Source: Vicinamibacterales bacterium (GTDB lineage: Bacteria; Acidobacteriota; Vicinamibacteria; Vicinamibacterales; SCN-69-37). Taken from it: 64,000 nucleotides of DNA. Positions 14,941 to 24,323 of this stretch are shown piece by piece. The stretch spans positions 47,012 through 111,011 of the forward strand of contig JAKFEY010000027.1 in the NCBI GenBank assembly GCA_036675475.1, written 5' to 3'. How positions within the stretch are numbered: position 1 is the first letter of the stretch; the number at the start of each line of letters is the position of its first letter. Under the pieces are notes generated by a model. That model searched no databases, had not been told where the DNA came from, and saw nothing but the letters and a program-made list of their open reading frames with translations. Position numbers and translations under genes: made by a program.

Positions 14941-16829
14941 CAGGCCGGCGCGTACTTTCGCGCGAAATGCGTGTGCACGACCAGTGCCCACAGACGCGCG
15001 GCACTGACGGTGCCGGCCGCGAACGCGTCGACGTAGGGCGCGAGCTGAGGGCTCTGCAGCGGCTTCCGCAGCACGCCCAGCATGGAATCGCCGGCGAGCG
15101 CGGCGCGAAGCCACGCGTCCATCGGCAGCACGAACCCGGTTTTACGGCGCGCCAGATGGTCAGCCGGCAGGCTGTCGGGCATCGCGGCAAACAGCGCGGT
15201 CTTGTGCGTGGCGTGCCGCCCGCGGCGCCACCACCCGCCCTCGTGCACGCGCGCCATCAGCATGTGATCGACCAGCGGCACCCGCAGCTCGAGGCCGCGG
15301 CACATCGAGAACGCGTCGGAGTCGCGCAGCAGCTGCGGCAGCATGTACTCCCGCAGCTCGCACAGCATGACGACGTCGAGCATCGCGACGCCGGTATCGG
15401 GCTCCTGATCGTCGGGCGGCGCGTCCGCGCCGGCGAGCCGGCGGACATCCGCGTGCTCGAAGAGCGATCGATACTGGCGCCACAATCCCGCGCGCGTGCG
15501 GGCCGGCGCGCGCGCGATCTCGGCGAGCTTCCCGGGCGCGGCCACCGGCGCGCGCCGCGCGAGCGCGGCCGCGAGGCTTCCGCCCGGCAGGCCCGCGCGA
15601 AACGGCATCGTCGCGTGCCACAGCCGCGGCACGTCCCTGAAGCTCGGATAGCCGCCGAGCATTTCGTCGCCGCCCAGTCCCGACAGGACGACTTTCAGGC
15701 CCGCCCGCGCCACCGCGCGCGACACGATGAAGGTGTTCAGGCCGTCGTGCGTGGGCTCGGGCATCGCGGCAAGCGCCTCTTCGATCCAGCCCCCTACATC
15801 CTCGCGGCGCATCTGCACCTCGGAGTGGGCGGTCCCGTATCGCCGTGCAATGCGCGCGGCCGGCTCCGACTCGTCGATGCCAGCGCCCGGCACCACGATC
15901 GTGAATGTGCGCAGCGCCGGCGCGCCAATGCGGGCGGCCGAGGCGACGATCGCCGCGGAATCAAGCCCACCGCTGAGAAACACGCCCACGGGCACATCAC
16001 TTACCAGATGCGCGCGAACGGAGTCGTCAAGCGCGTGCTGAAACGCCTCCGCCGCCTGTTCCACCGGCTGCGTGCCTCGGCCGATCAACGACTCGGGCGC
16101 GAACCATCGCTCCACGGTCACGTCATGACCGTCGAAGCGCAGACGGCAGCCGGCCGGCAGTGCCTGCACGTGCTCGAAGACCGATTCGCCGTCCGGCACG
16201 TGGCCGCGTCTCAGGAATGCGGCCTGCATGGACGGCCGCAGGGCGCCGCCGAATCCCGCCGCGCGCAGCGATTGCGGCTCCGAGGCAAACGCCAGCAGCC
16301 CGGGCGCCGGCCGGCACCAGTACACCGGCTTGATGCCGAACCGGTCGCGCACCAGATGCAGCGCCTGCTCGCGCTCGCTCCAGTACGCGAACGCAAACAT
16401 GCCGCGAAGCTCGGGCAACCCGTCCATCCCGCGCGCCTCGAGCAGTTCGACGAGCACCCGCGCGTCGGAATTGGACTCGGGGGCGACGCCGAACTCCCGC
16501 TGCAGATCGCGAAAGTTGTAGATTTCGCCGTTGAAGGCCAGCCAGCCGGCGCCGCTGGCCGAGCGCATCGGCTGCGTGCCGGCCTCGGTGAGATCGATCA
16601 CCGCCAGGCGCTGATGCCCGAGCCACGCCGACACCGACCCATGCACCGGGCGCACGGCCGCGGCCCCACCTCTCCCGCCATGCCGAACGGCGTCGGGACC
16701 ATGGATCGCGGCCAATCCCCACGCGTCGGGGCCGCGGTGCGCCAGCGCTTCGCGCATGCGCGTCACCTGACGCGCGCGCGCCGCCGCATCCGATGCGTGC
16801 GCTTCGACGATGCCTGCGATGCCGCACAT
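14940..16829 (-). CDS. asnB: Asparagine synthase (glutamine-hydrolysing) / EPS-associated amidotransferase
   Basis: 629 aa with the MCGIAGI Ntn-Cys2 N-terminus and the PP-loop FLSGGLDSAAI. Confidence 0.9.
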   Translation of the reverse strand: MCGIAGIVEAHASDAAARARQVTRMREALAHRGPDAWGLAAIHGPDAVRHGGRGGAAAVRPVHGSVSAWLGHQRLAVIDLTEAGTQPMRSASGAGWLAFNGEIYNFRDLQREFGVAPESNSDARVLVELLEARGMDGLPELRGMFAFAYWSEREQALHLVRDRFGIKPVYWCRPAPGLLAFASEPQSLRAAGFGGALRPSMQAAFLRRGHVPDGESVFEHVQALPAGCRLRFDGHDVTVERWFAPESLIGRGTQPVEQAAEAFQHALDDSVRAHLVSDVPVGVFLSGGLDSAAIVASAARIGAPALRTFTIVVPGAGIDESEPAARIARRYGTAHSEVQMRREDVGGWIEEALAAMPEPTHDGLNTFIVSRAVARAGLKVVLSGLGGDEMLGGYPSFRDVPRLWHATMPFRAGLPGGSLAAALARRAPVAAPGKLAEIARAPARTRAGLWRQYRSLFEHADVRRLAGADAPPDDQEPDTGVAMLDVVMLCELREYMLPQLLRDSDAFSMCRGLELRVPLVDHMLMARVHEGGWWRRGRHATHKTALFAAMPDSLPADHLARRKTGFVLPMDAWLRAALAGDSMLGVLRKPLQSPQLAPYVDAFAAGTVSAARLWALVVHTHFARKYAPA

Positions 16830-16837
16830 TCAGCCGG

Positions 16838-17998
16838 TCATACCTGGCCGTAGAGTAACTGAAGCTGCTGCAGCGTACGGTCGATCCCGTAGCGCGACAC
16901 CGCGCGATCCCGGCCGGCGCGGCCCATCGCGGCGGCGCGCGCGGGATCGTCTGCCAGATGCACGATGGCGTCCGCGAGGGCGTCCGGATTGCGCGGTTCG
17001 ATCAGCAGGCCGGTTTCACCGTCGGCCACAATCTCGACCGGGCCGCCGTGCGCGGTTGCGATCACCGGCCGGCCCGACGCCATGGCCTCGAGCACGACCA
17101 GGCCGAAGGGCTCGGCCTCGCGCGACGGCAGCACGAACATGTCGAGCGACTGATAAAACGCGGGCATGGCGTCGGGGCCATAGCGCCACCCCGCGAAGTG
17201 CAGCACGCCGTCGAGCCCGCTCGCGCGCGCGCGCGCGCGGAGCGCCGTCTCGTACGGCTCGAGGCCCTCGATCGGCCCGCCCGCCAGGATGAAGCGCACG
17301 TCAGGACGGGTGCCGTGCACGCGCGCGGCGGCGTCGATGAAATCCTCCAGCCCTTTCCACACGTCCATCCGCGCGGCGGCGCCGACAAGCGGCACGCCGG
17401 CGGGGATCTCGAAGTCGCGCCGCACGACGTCCGAGTGGCCGGGAACAAAGCGCGCGGTATCGACGCCATTTGGAATCTTCACGACGCGCGGGGGCAGCTC
17501 GCCGCCGCGCGCGAAGAGACGGCCGACGGCATCGCTCGTGACAATCACGCGCGTGGAAAACTGCAGCGCGAGCGCCCGCTCGAGCCGGCGCAGCGGCGCG
17601 TTCTGCCAGACGATCTCGCGCACATGCCACACATGGCTCCGCCCCGTCATGCGCGCGGCCGCCCAGCCATACAGATTGTGAATCGTGTTGGTGTGCACGA
17701 TGTCGACGCGCTCGCGCCTGATGAGCGACGCCAGCGCCGCGACCGCGAGCGGAAAGTTGGCCGCGAAGGCCACCAGGCCCGCCTTGCCCTTCCGCGACGT
17801 CAGCTTCTTCATGCGCGGCACCACGATGACGCGCGCGCCGGCGTGCTCGAGGCGCGCGACGAGCGGGCCGGGCGACGGCAGCGCCACGATCGCCTCGAAG
17901 CGTCCCCGATCGAGCCGCTCGACGATGTGCGCGAGCGAGACGTCGGATCCGCCGACCTCCGACGTCGTGTGCAGGAACAGAATCCTACGCGCCGCCAC
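16838..17998 (-). CDS. Glycosyltransferase family 4 (GT-B)
   Basis: 386 aa with EPFGLVVLEAMASGRPVIATAHGGPVEIVADGETGLL (EX7E region). Confidence 0.85.
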   Translation of the reverse strand: MAARRILFLHTTSEVGGSDVSLAHIVERLDRGRFEAIVALPSPGPLVARLEHAGARVIVVPRMKKLTSRKGKAGLVAFAANFPLAVAALASLIRRERVDIVHTNTIHNLYGWAAARMTGRSHVWHVREIVWQNAPLRRLERALALQFSTRVIVTSDAVGRLFARGGELPPRVVKIPNGVDTARFVPGHSDVVRRDFEIPAGVPLVGAAARMDVWKGLEDFIDAAARVHGTRPDVRFILAGGPIEGLEPYETALRARARASGLDGVLHFAGWRYGPDAMPAFYQSLDMFVLPSREAEPFGLVVLEAMASGRPVIATAHGGPVEIVADGETGLLIEPRNPDALADAIVHLADDPARAAAMGRAGRDRAVSRYGIDRTLQQLQLLYGQV

Positions 17999-19055
17999 GA
18001 GTGCCTCCGGGCGCGCCGGCGATCACGCGCGCGTAGACGCGCTCGTACGCCTCGGCAACGCGGCGCCAGTCGTACTGCTCGGCGCGCCGCAGCCCGGGTG
18101 CGACGAGCGCCTCGCGCCGCGCCGCATCGGTGAGCAGCGTCACCAGCGTCTCGGCAAGGCGCTCTTCGTGCGCGATCGCGCCGTAGCGTCCGTCCTCGAG
18201 CACGTCGCGCGCCCCGGGATTCGGCGTGGCCGCCACGGCCGTGCCGGCCGCCAGCGCCTCGGCATAGGGCCTGCCGAAGCCTTCGTACGCGCTCGGCAGA
18301 CACATCACCCACGCGCGCCGGTACGCGTCACGCAGCGCCCGATCGCCGAGCGTTCCGAGATTGATGATGCCCGGGCCCTCCGCGCGATCGGGCGACACGA
18401 GCCACAACTCGGCGCCGGGCACGCGCGGGCGCACGCGCGCCAGGAATTCGGATGCGAGCCATCGTCCGCGCTTGCGGCTGTCGAGCTCACCGACAAACAG
18501 AATTGATGGGGCCGGCGACTTCGGCGTGCCGTCGGGCGCGAATGCCGCGGTGTCGATCCCGTTTGGAATGACCTCGGCGCGTCGCGGCAGGTGCCGCACC
18601 GCGGCGCGCGACACGCCGACCACCGCATCGGCGCGCAGGGCCGCCAGCAGCTCGCCGCCGTAGAACCACGTATGCAGGGCCAGATGCTTGAGCGAGCGCG
18701 CCCTCACGCCGTTGGCCGCGGCCTCGTCGAGCGAGCTGCCGTGCAGCGTGCGCACGACCGGCCGGCCGGCGTGACGGACCAGTTGCTCGTCTCCCTGCGC
18801 GTGAATCACGTCGAACGGCCGAAAATCGACGCGCGCGATCTGCATCGGAAATGTGAGCGGCGCGGTGCGCCGCGTCCGGCCGGGCAGCTGCACGACCCGC
18901 CAGGCCGCATCCGCGGGCGCCGGATCCTGGCTGAATACCGTCATGCGATGCCCCCGCGCCGACAGCGCCGCAGCGAGGCCTGCCGCGAAATGCCCCGCGC
19001 CGCCCCGGCTGGCCGGCGGCAGGAACCGCTGAATGAGCGCGACGTTATACGGCAT
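17985..19055 (-). CDS. Glycosyltransferase family 4 (GT-B)
   Basis: Start MPYNVALIQRF at 19053-19055 inside track ORF 17985..19160. It has the YEGFGRPYAEALAAGTAVAAT motif. Confidence 0.75.
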   Translation of the reverse strand: MPYNVALIQRFLPPASRGGAGHFAAGLAAALSARGHRMTVFSQDPAPADAAWRVVQLPGRTRRTAPLTFPMQIARVDFRPFDVIHAQGDEQLVRHAGRPVVRTLHGSSLDEAAANGVRARSLKHLALHTWFYGGELLAALRADAVVGVSRAAVRHLPRRAEVIPNGIDTAAFAPDGTPKSPAPSILFVGELDSRKRGRWLASEFLARVRPRVPGAELWLVSPDRAEGPGIINLGTLGDRALRDAYRRAWVMCLPSAYEGFGRPYAEALAAGTAVAATPNPGARDVLEDGRYGAIAHEERLAETLVTLLTDAARREALVAPGLRRAEQYDWRRVAEAYERVYARVIAGAPGGTRGGA

Positions 19056-20109
19056 CGGCAATGCGCCTGTAGATCGCGAGCGTCGCGGCGGCCGTGTCGC
19101 GCCACGAGAACGCCCGCGCACGGGCGATCCCTTTCTCCACCACCGCCGCGCGATGCGCATCGTCCGTCAACAGCGCGACGAGCGCGCCGGCCGCCGCCTC
19201 GGGATCGCACGGATCGACCGTCGCAGCGGCGCCGGCCGCGATCTCTGCAACCGCGCCCGTGCTCGACGTCACAACCGGAAGGCCCGACGCCATGGCTTCA
19301 ATCACGGGCAGGCCGAATCCCGACACGGAAGGCAGATACACCAGCGCGTCGGCGGCGGCATACCAGGCGGCAAGCTTCTCGTCGCTCACGATGCCAAGCT
19401 CGCGCAAGCGGTCCGGCAATCCGAGCGACGCCGCCAGCGCGCCCTGCTCCAGCGTCAGCGGCGCGCCGATCTTGACGACGTCGAGATCGACCGACGCGCG
19501 CGCGAGCGCGGCGGCCCGCAGTGCCGTCTCCACGTTCATGTAGGCGTGCGTGTGCCCCACGATCAACACGGTGGGACGCGCGAGGGCGCGCTCTTGCCTC
19601 AGGGCCTCGCGCGCGGCCGATGGCCGGAAGCGCTCGTCGACGCCCTGCGCGATCACGGTGATCGCCGTCTCGGGCACCGCGAACAGATCCATGGCATCGC
19701 GCTTCGAGGCCTCGGAGGGCACGATGAACCTTGCGCCGCGCGCGACGGCGGTGCGCATGCCGCTCTCGAGCGCCTTGCGTGCCCAGAACGAGGCCGCCAT
19801 GCGCATCGGCATCGCGTCGTGAAACGTGACGACCGTGCGCCGCGGCGGCAGGGCGCCGGCCAGATGCGCGAAGCCGTGATCGAGAATGTGATGCACGTCG
19901 GCGATCGTCCGCCCGGCAAGCCGCTGATACCTGACGTACTGATCCCAGTAGCGCGCCGGCGGCGACAGGCGCGCGTCCGGCAGCGTCACGGCCGTGATGG
20001 CATCGCCCGGCGCCGCGGACTGCGCCAGATGCGTCTGCAGCTGCGCGGCATACACACGCATGCTCTGCCGCCAGGGATCCTCGAATGGCCGGTACAGCGC
20101 AGCCCGCAT
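19045..20109 (-). CDS. Glycosyltransferase family 4 (GT-B)
   Basis: Preferred start MRAALYRPF at 20107-20109, with a 1-nt overlap on the upstream stop. It has SGFGLPVIEAMASGLPVVTS. Confidence 0.75.
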   Translation of the reverse strand: MRAALYRPFEDPWRQSMRVYAAQLQTHLAQSAAPGDAITAVTLPDARLSPPARYWDQYVRYQRLAGRTIADVHHILDHGFAHLAGALPPRRTVVTFHDAMPMRMAASFWARKALESGMRTAVARGARFIVPSEASKRDAMDLFAVPETAITVIAQGVDERFRPSAAREALRQERALARPTVLIVGHTHAYMNVETALRAAALARASVDLDVVKIGAPLTLEQGALAASLGLPDRLRELGIVSDEKLAAWYAAADALVYLPSVSGFGLPVIEAMASGLPVVTSSTGAVAEIAAGAAATVDPCDPEAAAGALVALLTDDAHRAAVVEKGIARARAFSWRDTAAATLAIYRRIADAV

Positions 20110-21155
20110 CACGTGCTCAGCTGCGCGTATCGCGCGGCGATGCGGGGCCACGACAAGTGCGTCTGGAACAGCGCGCGCGCCGCCTCACCCATCCGCGCGC
20201 GCGCGGCGTCATCGCCAAGCAGGCGCTCGATGGCCGCTTCCGCGGCCGCAGGATCATCGGCCGGCACCAGCGTAAACGCGCCGCTGTCGCGGAGCCGCTG
20301 GTCGGTGGCGCGCCCGTCGGTGCCGACTACCGGCAACCCATGCTGAAGCAGTGCCGCGACGCTCGTCCGCCTCGTCGACGCGCCATCGTCGTTCGGCGCG
20401 AACCCGATGGCGGCGGTCGACAGCGTGCGCGACACCTCGTTGCCATCCAGGCCCGCAACGATCCGGATGGCGTCCGCGGGCACGTCGTGGCGGGCCAGCC
20501 ACGCGCGCGCCTCGTCCTCGCGGCGGCAGATCCAGACGACCTCCACTCCGCCCGCCCGCGCCGCCCTGGCAGCCGCCGCCACGAGCAGCGGCGACATGCC
20601 GGCCGGCTGCCCGAACATCACCACGCCGCGCCGCGCCGATCCGGCGCTGTGCACATGGCCGCCGATGTTCGACCCTACGGGAATCGTGACTACGGGAGCG
20701 CGCGCGTCGAGACGATCTGCCTTTACAAGGCCTGCGACATATCCGTGCGACGTTACGATCGCGTGGGCGCGGGACGCAAAGGCCCGTGCCATCGCGCGGA
20801 ACAGCACGCGCGTGGCGCGCCGCGTCAGCGAGGGCCCAGGATCGAGCTGATACTCGTGAACGATGAAGACGAGGCGCGTGCCGCTGGTGCGCAGCCGGCC
20901 AAGGCGCGACAAGAGGAACGGCAGATCGCGCCGCAGCCACAGCTGCGGCACGTAATTCAGATAGACGGCCTGCGGAGCCTCGCCCGTGACATCGAGCGCG
21001 CGCCATGACGAAAGCGTGGTTGTCCCCGCGGCGGGATCGCGATCGTCGCGAGTCGTGAACGTCCGCACGGGGCCGGCCTCGGCGAGCGCCGCCGCGAGAT
21101 GGCGCGCGAAGTCGCGCACGCCGTCGAAGCGTTCCGGGGACGCCGGCACGATCAT
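20109..21155 (-). CDS. Glycosyltransferase (GT-B-like, divergent)
   Basis: Start MIVPASPERF at 21153-21155 inside track ORF 20109..21815. The C-terminus TSVAALLQHGLPVVGTDG resembles a GT1 nucleotide-sugar pocket. Confidence 0.55.
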   Translation of the reverse strand: MIVPASPERFDGVRDFARHLAAALAEAGPVRTFTTRDDRDPAAGTTTLSSWRALDVTGEAPQAVYLNYVPQLWLRRDLPFLLSRLGRLRTSGTRLVFIVHEYQLDPGPSLTRRATRVLFRAMARAFASRAHAIVTSHGYVAGLVKADRLDARAPVVTIPVGSNIGGHVHSAGSARRGVVMFGQPAGMSPLLVAAAARAARAGGVEVVWICRREDEARAWLARHDVPADAIRIVAGLDGNEVSRTLSTAAIGFAPNDDGASTRRTSVAALLQHGLPVVGTDGRATDQRLRDSGAFTLVPADDPAAAEAAIERLLGDDAARARMGEAARALFQTHLSWPRIAARYAQLST

Positions 21156-21178
21156 CCAGCTGTGCCGCGTGCCGGCGG

Positions 21179-21886
21179 TCACGCGCCCGTCCCGCGCAGG
21201 CGGAGGACGCGCGCGGGATTGCCGGCCGCCACCGCGCCGGCAGGCACGTCGCGGGTCACCACCGATCCGGCGCCGACGACGGCGCCTTTCCCCACCGTGA
21301 CGCCGTCGAGCACGATCGCGCTGTTGCCAATCCACGCGTCGTCTTCGATGACGATGCCTCGACGCGCGACGCCCTGCGCGGCAATCGGCGCCTCGGGATC
21401 CTGAAAGACGTGATCTTCGGCAAGCAGCTGTACGCCGGCGCCGAACAGCACGCGCGATCCGATGCGGATGCCGCCGCCGGCGCCGAGCACGGCGCGCGGC
21501 CCGATGTAGGTGCCGTCGCCGATGCGAAGGCCCACGCCGGGCTCGTCGAGGCGGCTCGTGACCTGTATCCAGGCGTGCTCGCGCACGCTCACGTCGTGGC
21601 CGATGTCGATGCCGTCGCGGCCGAACGCGCTGATGGACGCGTAGTCGCCAATCAACACGTTCCGGCCCACGCGCATACGCTTCGGAAACAGGACGTGCAC
21701 GTGGCGGCCGGCAAACAGACGGCCGCCGCAGGCGCCGAGCCGCAGCGCGAGCAGCAGCCCGCGCGCGCGCGACAGGCCGCCGCGCTGCCACGCATACGCG
21801 GCAAGCTCGGTCCATCGCGCGTCAATGGCGCCGTCGACCGGCGCCCGTCCGCTCAACCCCGCAAGCACGCGCGCCTTCAGGGTCAC
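21179..21886 (-). CDS. Hexapeptide-repeat (LbH) acetyltransferase
   Basis: 235 aa with repeated [LIV]G-x4 hexapeptides (IGDGTYIGPRAVLGAGGGIRIGSRVLFGAGVQL...IGNSAIVLDGVTVGKGAVVGAGSVV). A GTG start overlaps the upstream stop (GTGA). Confidence 0.8.
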   Translation of the reverse strand: MTLKARVLAGLSGRAPVDGAIDARWTELAAYAWQRGGLSRARGLLLALRLGACGGRLFAGRHVHVLFPKRMRVGRNVLIGDYASISAFGRDGIDIGHDVSVREHAWIQVTSRLDEPGVGLRIGDGTYIGPRAVLGAGGGIRIGSRVLFGAGVQLLAEDHVFQDPEAPIAAQGVARRGIVIEDDAWIGNSAIVLDGVTVGKGAVVGAGSVVTRDVPAGAVAAGNPARVLRLRGTGA

Positions 21887-23001
21887 CGGCCGCGGCCTCC
21901 GGCCACTTCTTCGTACGCGAACTGCATGCGGCGGAGCATGGCCTCGACGCCGAAGTGCCGCGCGCGCTGCCGCGCGCCGTCCGCAATGCGCGCGCGGAGC
22001 TCGGGGCGGCGCAGCAGTTCGTCGATCGCTTCGGCCATCGCGTCGGTGTTACCCGGCGCGACGAGCCGGCCGGATCGGCCGCTCTCGATCATTTCCGCTG
22101 GGCCGCCCTCATCGAACGCGACGATGGGCTTCCCTTCCGCGAGCGCCTCGGCGATGACGAGGCCGAACGGCTCGGGACTGATGGACGAATGCACGACGAC
22201 GTCTGCCGCCGCGATGTACGGGCGCGCATCGGGCACGTGCCCGGTGAAGGTCACGGTGCCCGCAAGCGGCGGACGCGACGCCTGCTCGTGCAGTTCTGCG
22301 GCGTACTCGGGTTCCTTGCCGAACAGCGTGCCGCCGACGACCCAGAACCGGGCGTCCGGATGCGACTCGCGGATCTGACGCGCGGCATCGAGAAACACGT
22401 GCGCGCCCTTCCAGCGCTGCAGCCGGCCGCACCAGACGATGTTCGTGCCGGACGGCTCGAACGCCGGCGCCGTCGGCGCCAGCGACACGCCGTTCTGCAC
22501 CACGCGCACGCGATTCCACGGCGCGCCCGACGCAATGAGGCGCGAGCGCGCAGAATGCGAGACGGCGACGACGGCGGCCGCCGGGACGCGCAGCGCGGCA
22601 TGCTGCAGCAGCGCGTCCATCGACCGCGTATCGGCATACAGATCGTGCACGTGATGGATGGCGGGCACGCGGGCGCGCCAGGCCGCCAGGCCGCCCACCA
22701 GATGCGCATACGTGCCGTGGCTGTGCACGATGTCGAACTGTCCTTTGCGGATCTCGGCGGTCAGCTTGTTCAGGACGCCGAACGCGCGGCCGATCTGCCG
22801 CATCCGGCCGAGGCTGCCCGCCTCGACGATGGCGGCGCCCATCTGCCGCAGCTCGTCGGCGAACGGGCCCTTCTGCAGCGCGACGGCCGACGGCTCGATT
22901 CGCGCGCGATCGAGGCCGGCGAGCAGCTGCAGCACAACGGTTTCGGCGCCGCCGCGCTCGGGCGACGCCGTGACGAGAAGCACACGAAGAGGACGGCTCA
23001 T
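21883..23001 (-). CDS. Glycosyltransferase family 4 (GT-B)
   Basis: 372 aa with EPFGLVIAEALAEGKPIVAFDEGGPAEMIESGRSGRL. Confidence 0.85.
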   Translation of the reverse strand: MSRPLRVLLVTASPERGGAETVVLQLLAGLDRARIEPSAVALQKGPFADELRQMGAAIVEAGSLGRMRQIGRAFGVLNKLTAEIRKGQFDIVHSHGTYAHLVGGLAAWRARVPAIHHVHDLYADTRSMDALLQHAALRVPAAAVVAVSHSARSRLIASGAPWNRVRVVQNGVSLAPTAPAFEPSGTNIVWCGRLQRWKGAHVFLDAARQIRESHPDARFWVVGGTLFGKEPEYAAELHEQASRPPLAGTVTFTGHVPDARPYIAAADVVVHSSISPEPFGLVIAEALAEGKPIVAFDEGGPAEMIESGRSGRLVAPGNTDAMAEAIDELLRRPELRARIADGARQRARHFGVEAMLRRMQFAYEEVAGGRGR

Positions 23002-24317
23002 GCGACGGAACCCGGACCTGTGTATTGATACATTACCGGCTCGGCCGGCTCCGCGATTCCCAGAGTCGAGGCCTGCCGCCAGCGCTCGAGATCATAGAAC
23101 CTCGCGGCCATCCCTGCCGCCAGCCAGAAGTAGATGTTGCCGGGGGCCGCGTCGAGCAGCGTACCGACCGGCAGCAGGACCACAGCGGTCATGGTGAACA
23201 GCCCCATCATGTGCCACGGCGCGGCGGTGACGGGTGCGAACCTCATGAGCGGCCGCGCCTTCCACATCATGACGACGACGGCCGCCGTCATCCACAACAC
23301 CGTGAGCAGGCCGAGCAAGCCGGTTTCGATGGCGACGATCCCGAAATAGCTTTCCATCAGGATCACTTCGTTGAATTCCGTGAAATGCCGGGCGCCGATG
23401 GTCGCGGCGCCCAGGCCGACCCCCATGGGCTCCTTCGCCATTTCCGTGAGAAACATCTGGCCGAAATAGGTTTGCCGGAACCGGGATATATGTTCGGTCG
23501 ACGCAATGGAGTCCACGCGATCGGCCACACCCGCGCCGAGCGTCGCAAACCCGACCGCGAACACGGCGTACAAGACGATGCTGATCGAAATCAGCTTGCC
23601 CACGCGCCGCATCGAGATCGCTCCCAGGCCGATGCAGGCCACGGCGAGCACCAGCGGCGTGCGCGAGCCCGACGCCAGCATCGCAACGATCATCACGGCA
23701 ATGGCGGCCCAGATCCAGATCCGCGCCCGGCGGGCCAGCCCGCCGGCGAAAAGCAGGCTCGCCGCCAGCAGCACGTTGAAGGTGAGATAGTGCCCGTACT
23801 GTCCGGGTGAGGTGAACGTGCCGGGCACGCGCCAGACACCGGTCGTCGAATACACCATGGCGGAGTACGTGCCGCCCATCGCGCGCAGCGGCGCCGAGCC
23901 GGCGAAGTACAGATAGATCCCGAACATCGACACGGGTACGGCGGCGGCCACGAGGATATAGACGAGGCGCTTGTAGTCCTCGAACGTGCGGAGATAGCGG
24001 TACGCGAGGTACATCACCGGGATGTACAGCAGCCGCATCTTCCAGCCGACGCTGCGCGCCAGCAGGGGGAGCCCCTCGGGGACGAGCAGGTACAGCGACT
24101 GCACGAGCGCGAACGCAAACAGGGGCGCGCGCAGGCGATCGAGCGACCCAAAACCCTGTCCCTGATTGTTCAGGAAGAGCGAGAGGTACGCCGCCACGAG
24201 CGCTGCATCCTTGACGACAAACCCGAGTTTCGAGGGGAACGTCATGTTGATGACGAGCCCCTCGACGCACGTGTACAACAGCGCGAAGAACAGCAGGCGG
24301 CGGGTGAAAGACGTCAT
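22998..24317 (-). CDS. O-antigen polymerase/ligase-like (Wzy-type) polytopic membrane protein
   Basis: 439 aa with about 10-12 TM segments and locally lower GC, as is common for wzy. SGSRTPLVLAVACIGL resembles the Wzy_C core. Confidence 0.65.
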   Translation of the reverse strand: MTSFTRRLLFFALLYTCVEGLVINMTFPSKLGFVVKDAALVAAYLSLFLNNQGQGFGSLDRLRAPLFAFALVQSLYLLVPEGLPLLARSVGWKMRLLYIPVMYLAYRYLRTFEDYKRLVYILVAAAVPVSMFGIYLYFAGSAPLRAMGGTYSAMVYSTTGVWRVPGTFTSPGQYGHYLTFNVLLAASLLFAGGLARRARIWIWAAIAVMIVAMLASGSRTPLVLAVACIGLGAISMRRVGKLISISIVLYAVFAVGFATLGAGVADRVDSIASTEHISRFRQTYFGQMFLTEMAKEPMGVGLGAATIGARHFTEFNEVILMESYFGIVAIETGLLGLLTVLWMTAAVVVMMWKARPLMRFAPVTAAPWHMMGLFTMTAVVLLPVGTLLDAAPGNIYFWLAAGMAARFYDLERWRQASTLGIAEPAEPVMYQYTGPGSVA

Positions 24318-24323
24318 CGGGGA

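Noticed and set aside
14967-16853. 628-aa plus-strand ORF antisense to asnB
   Set aside because: It has no motifs and biased composition, and the opposite strand encodes an unmistakable AsnB (MCGIAGI, SGGLDS).
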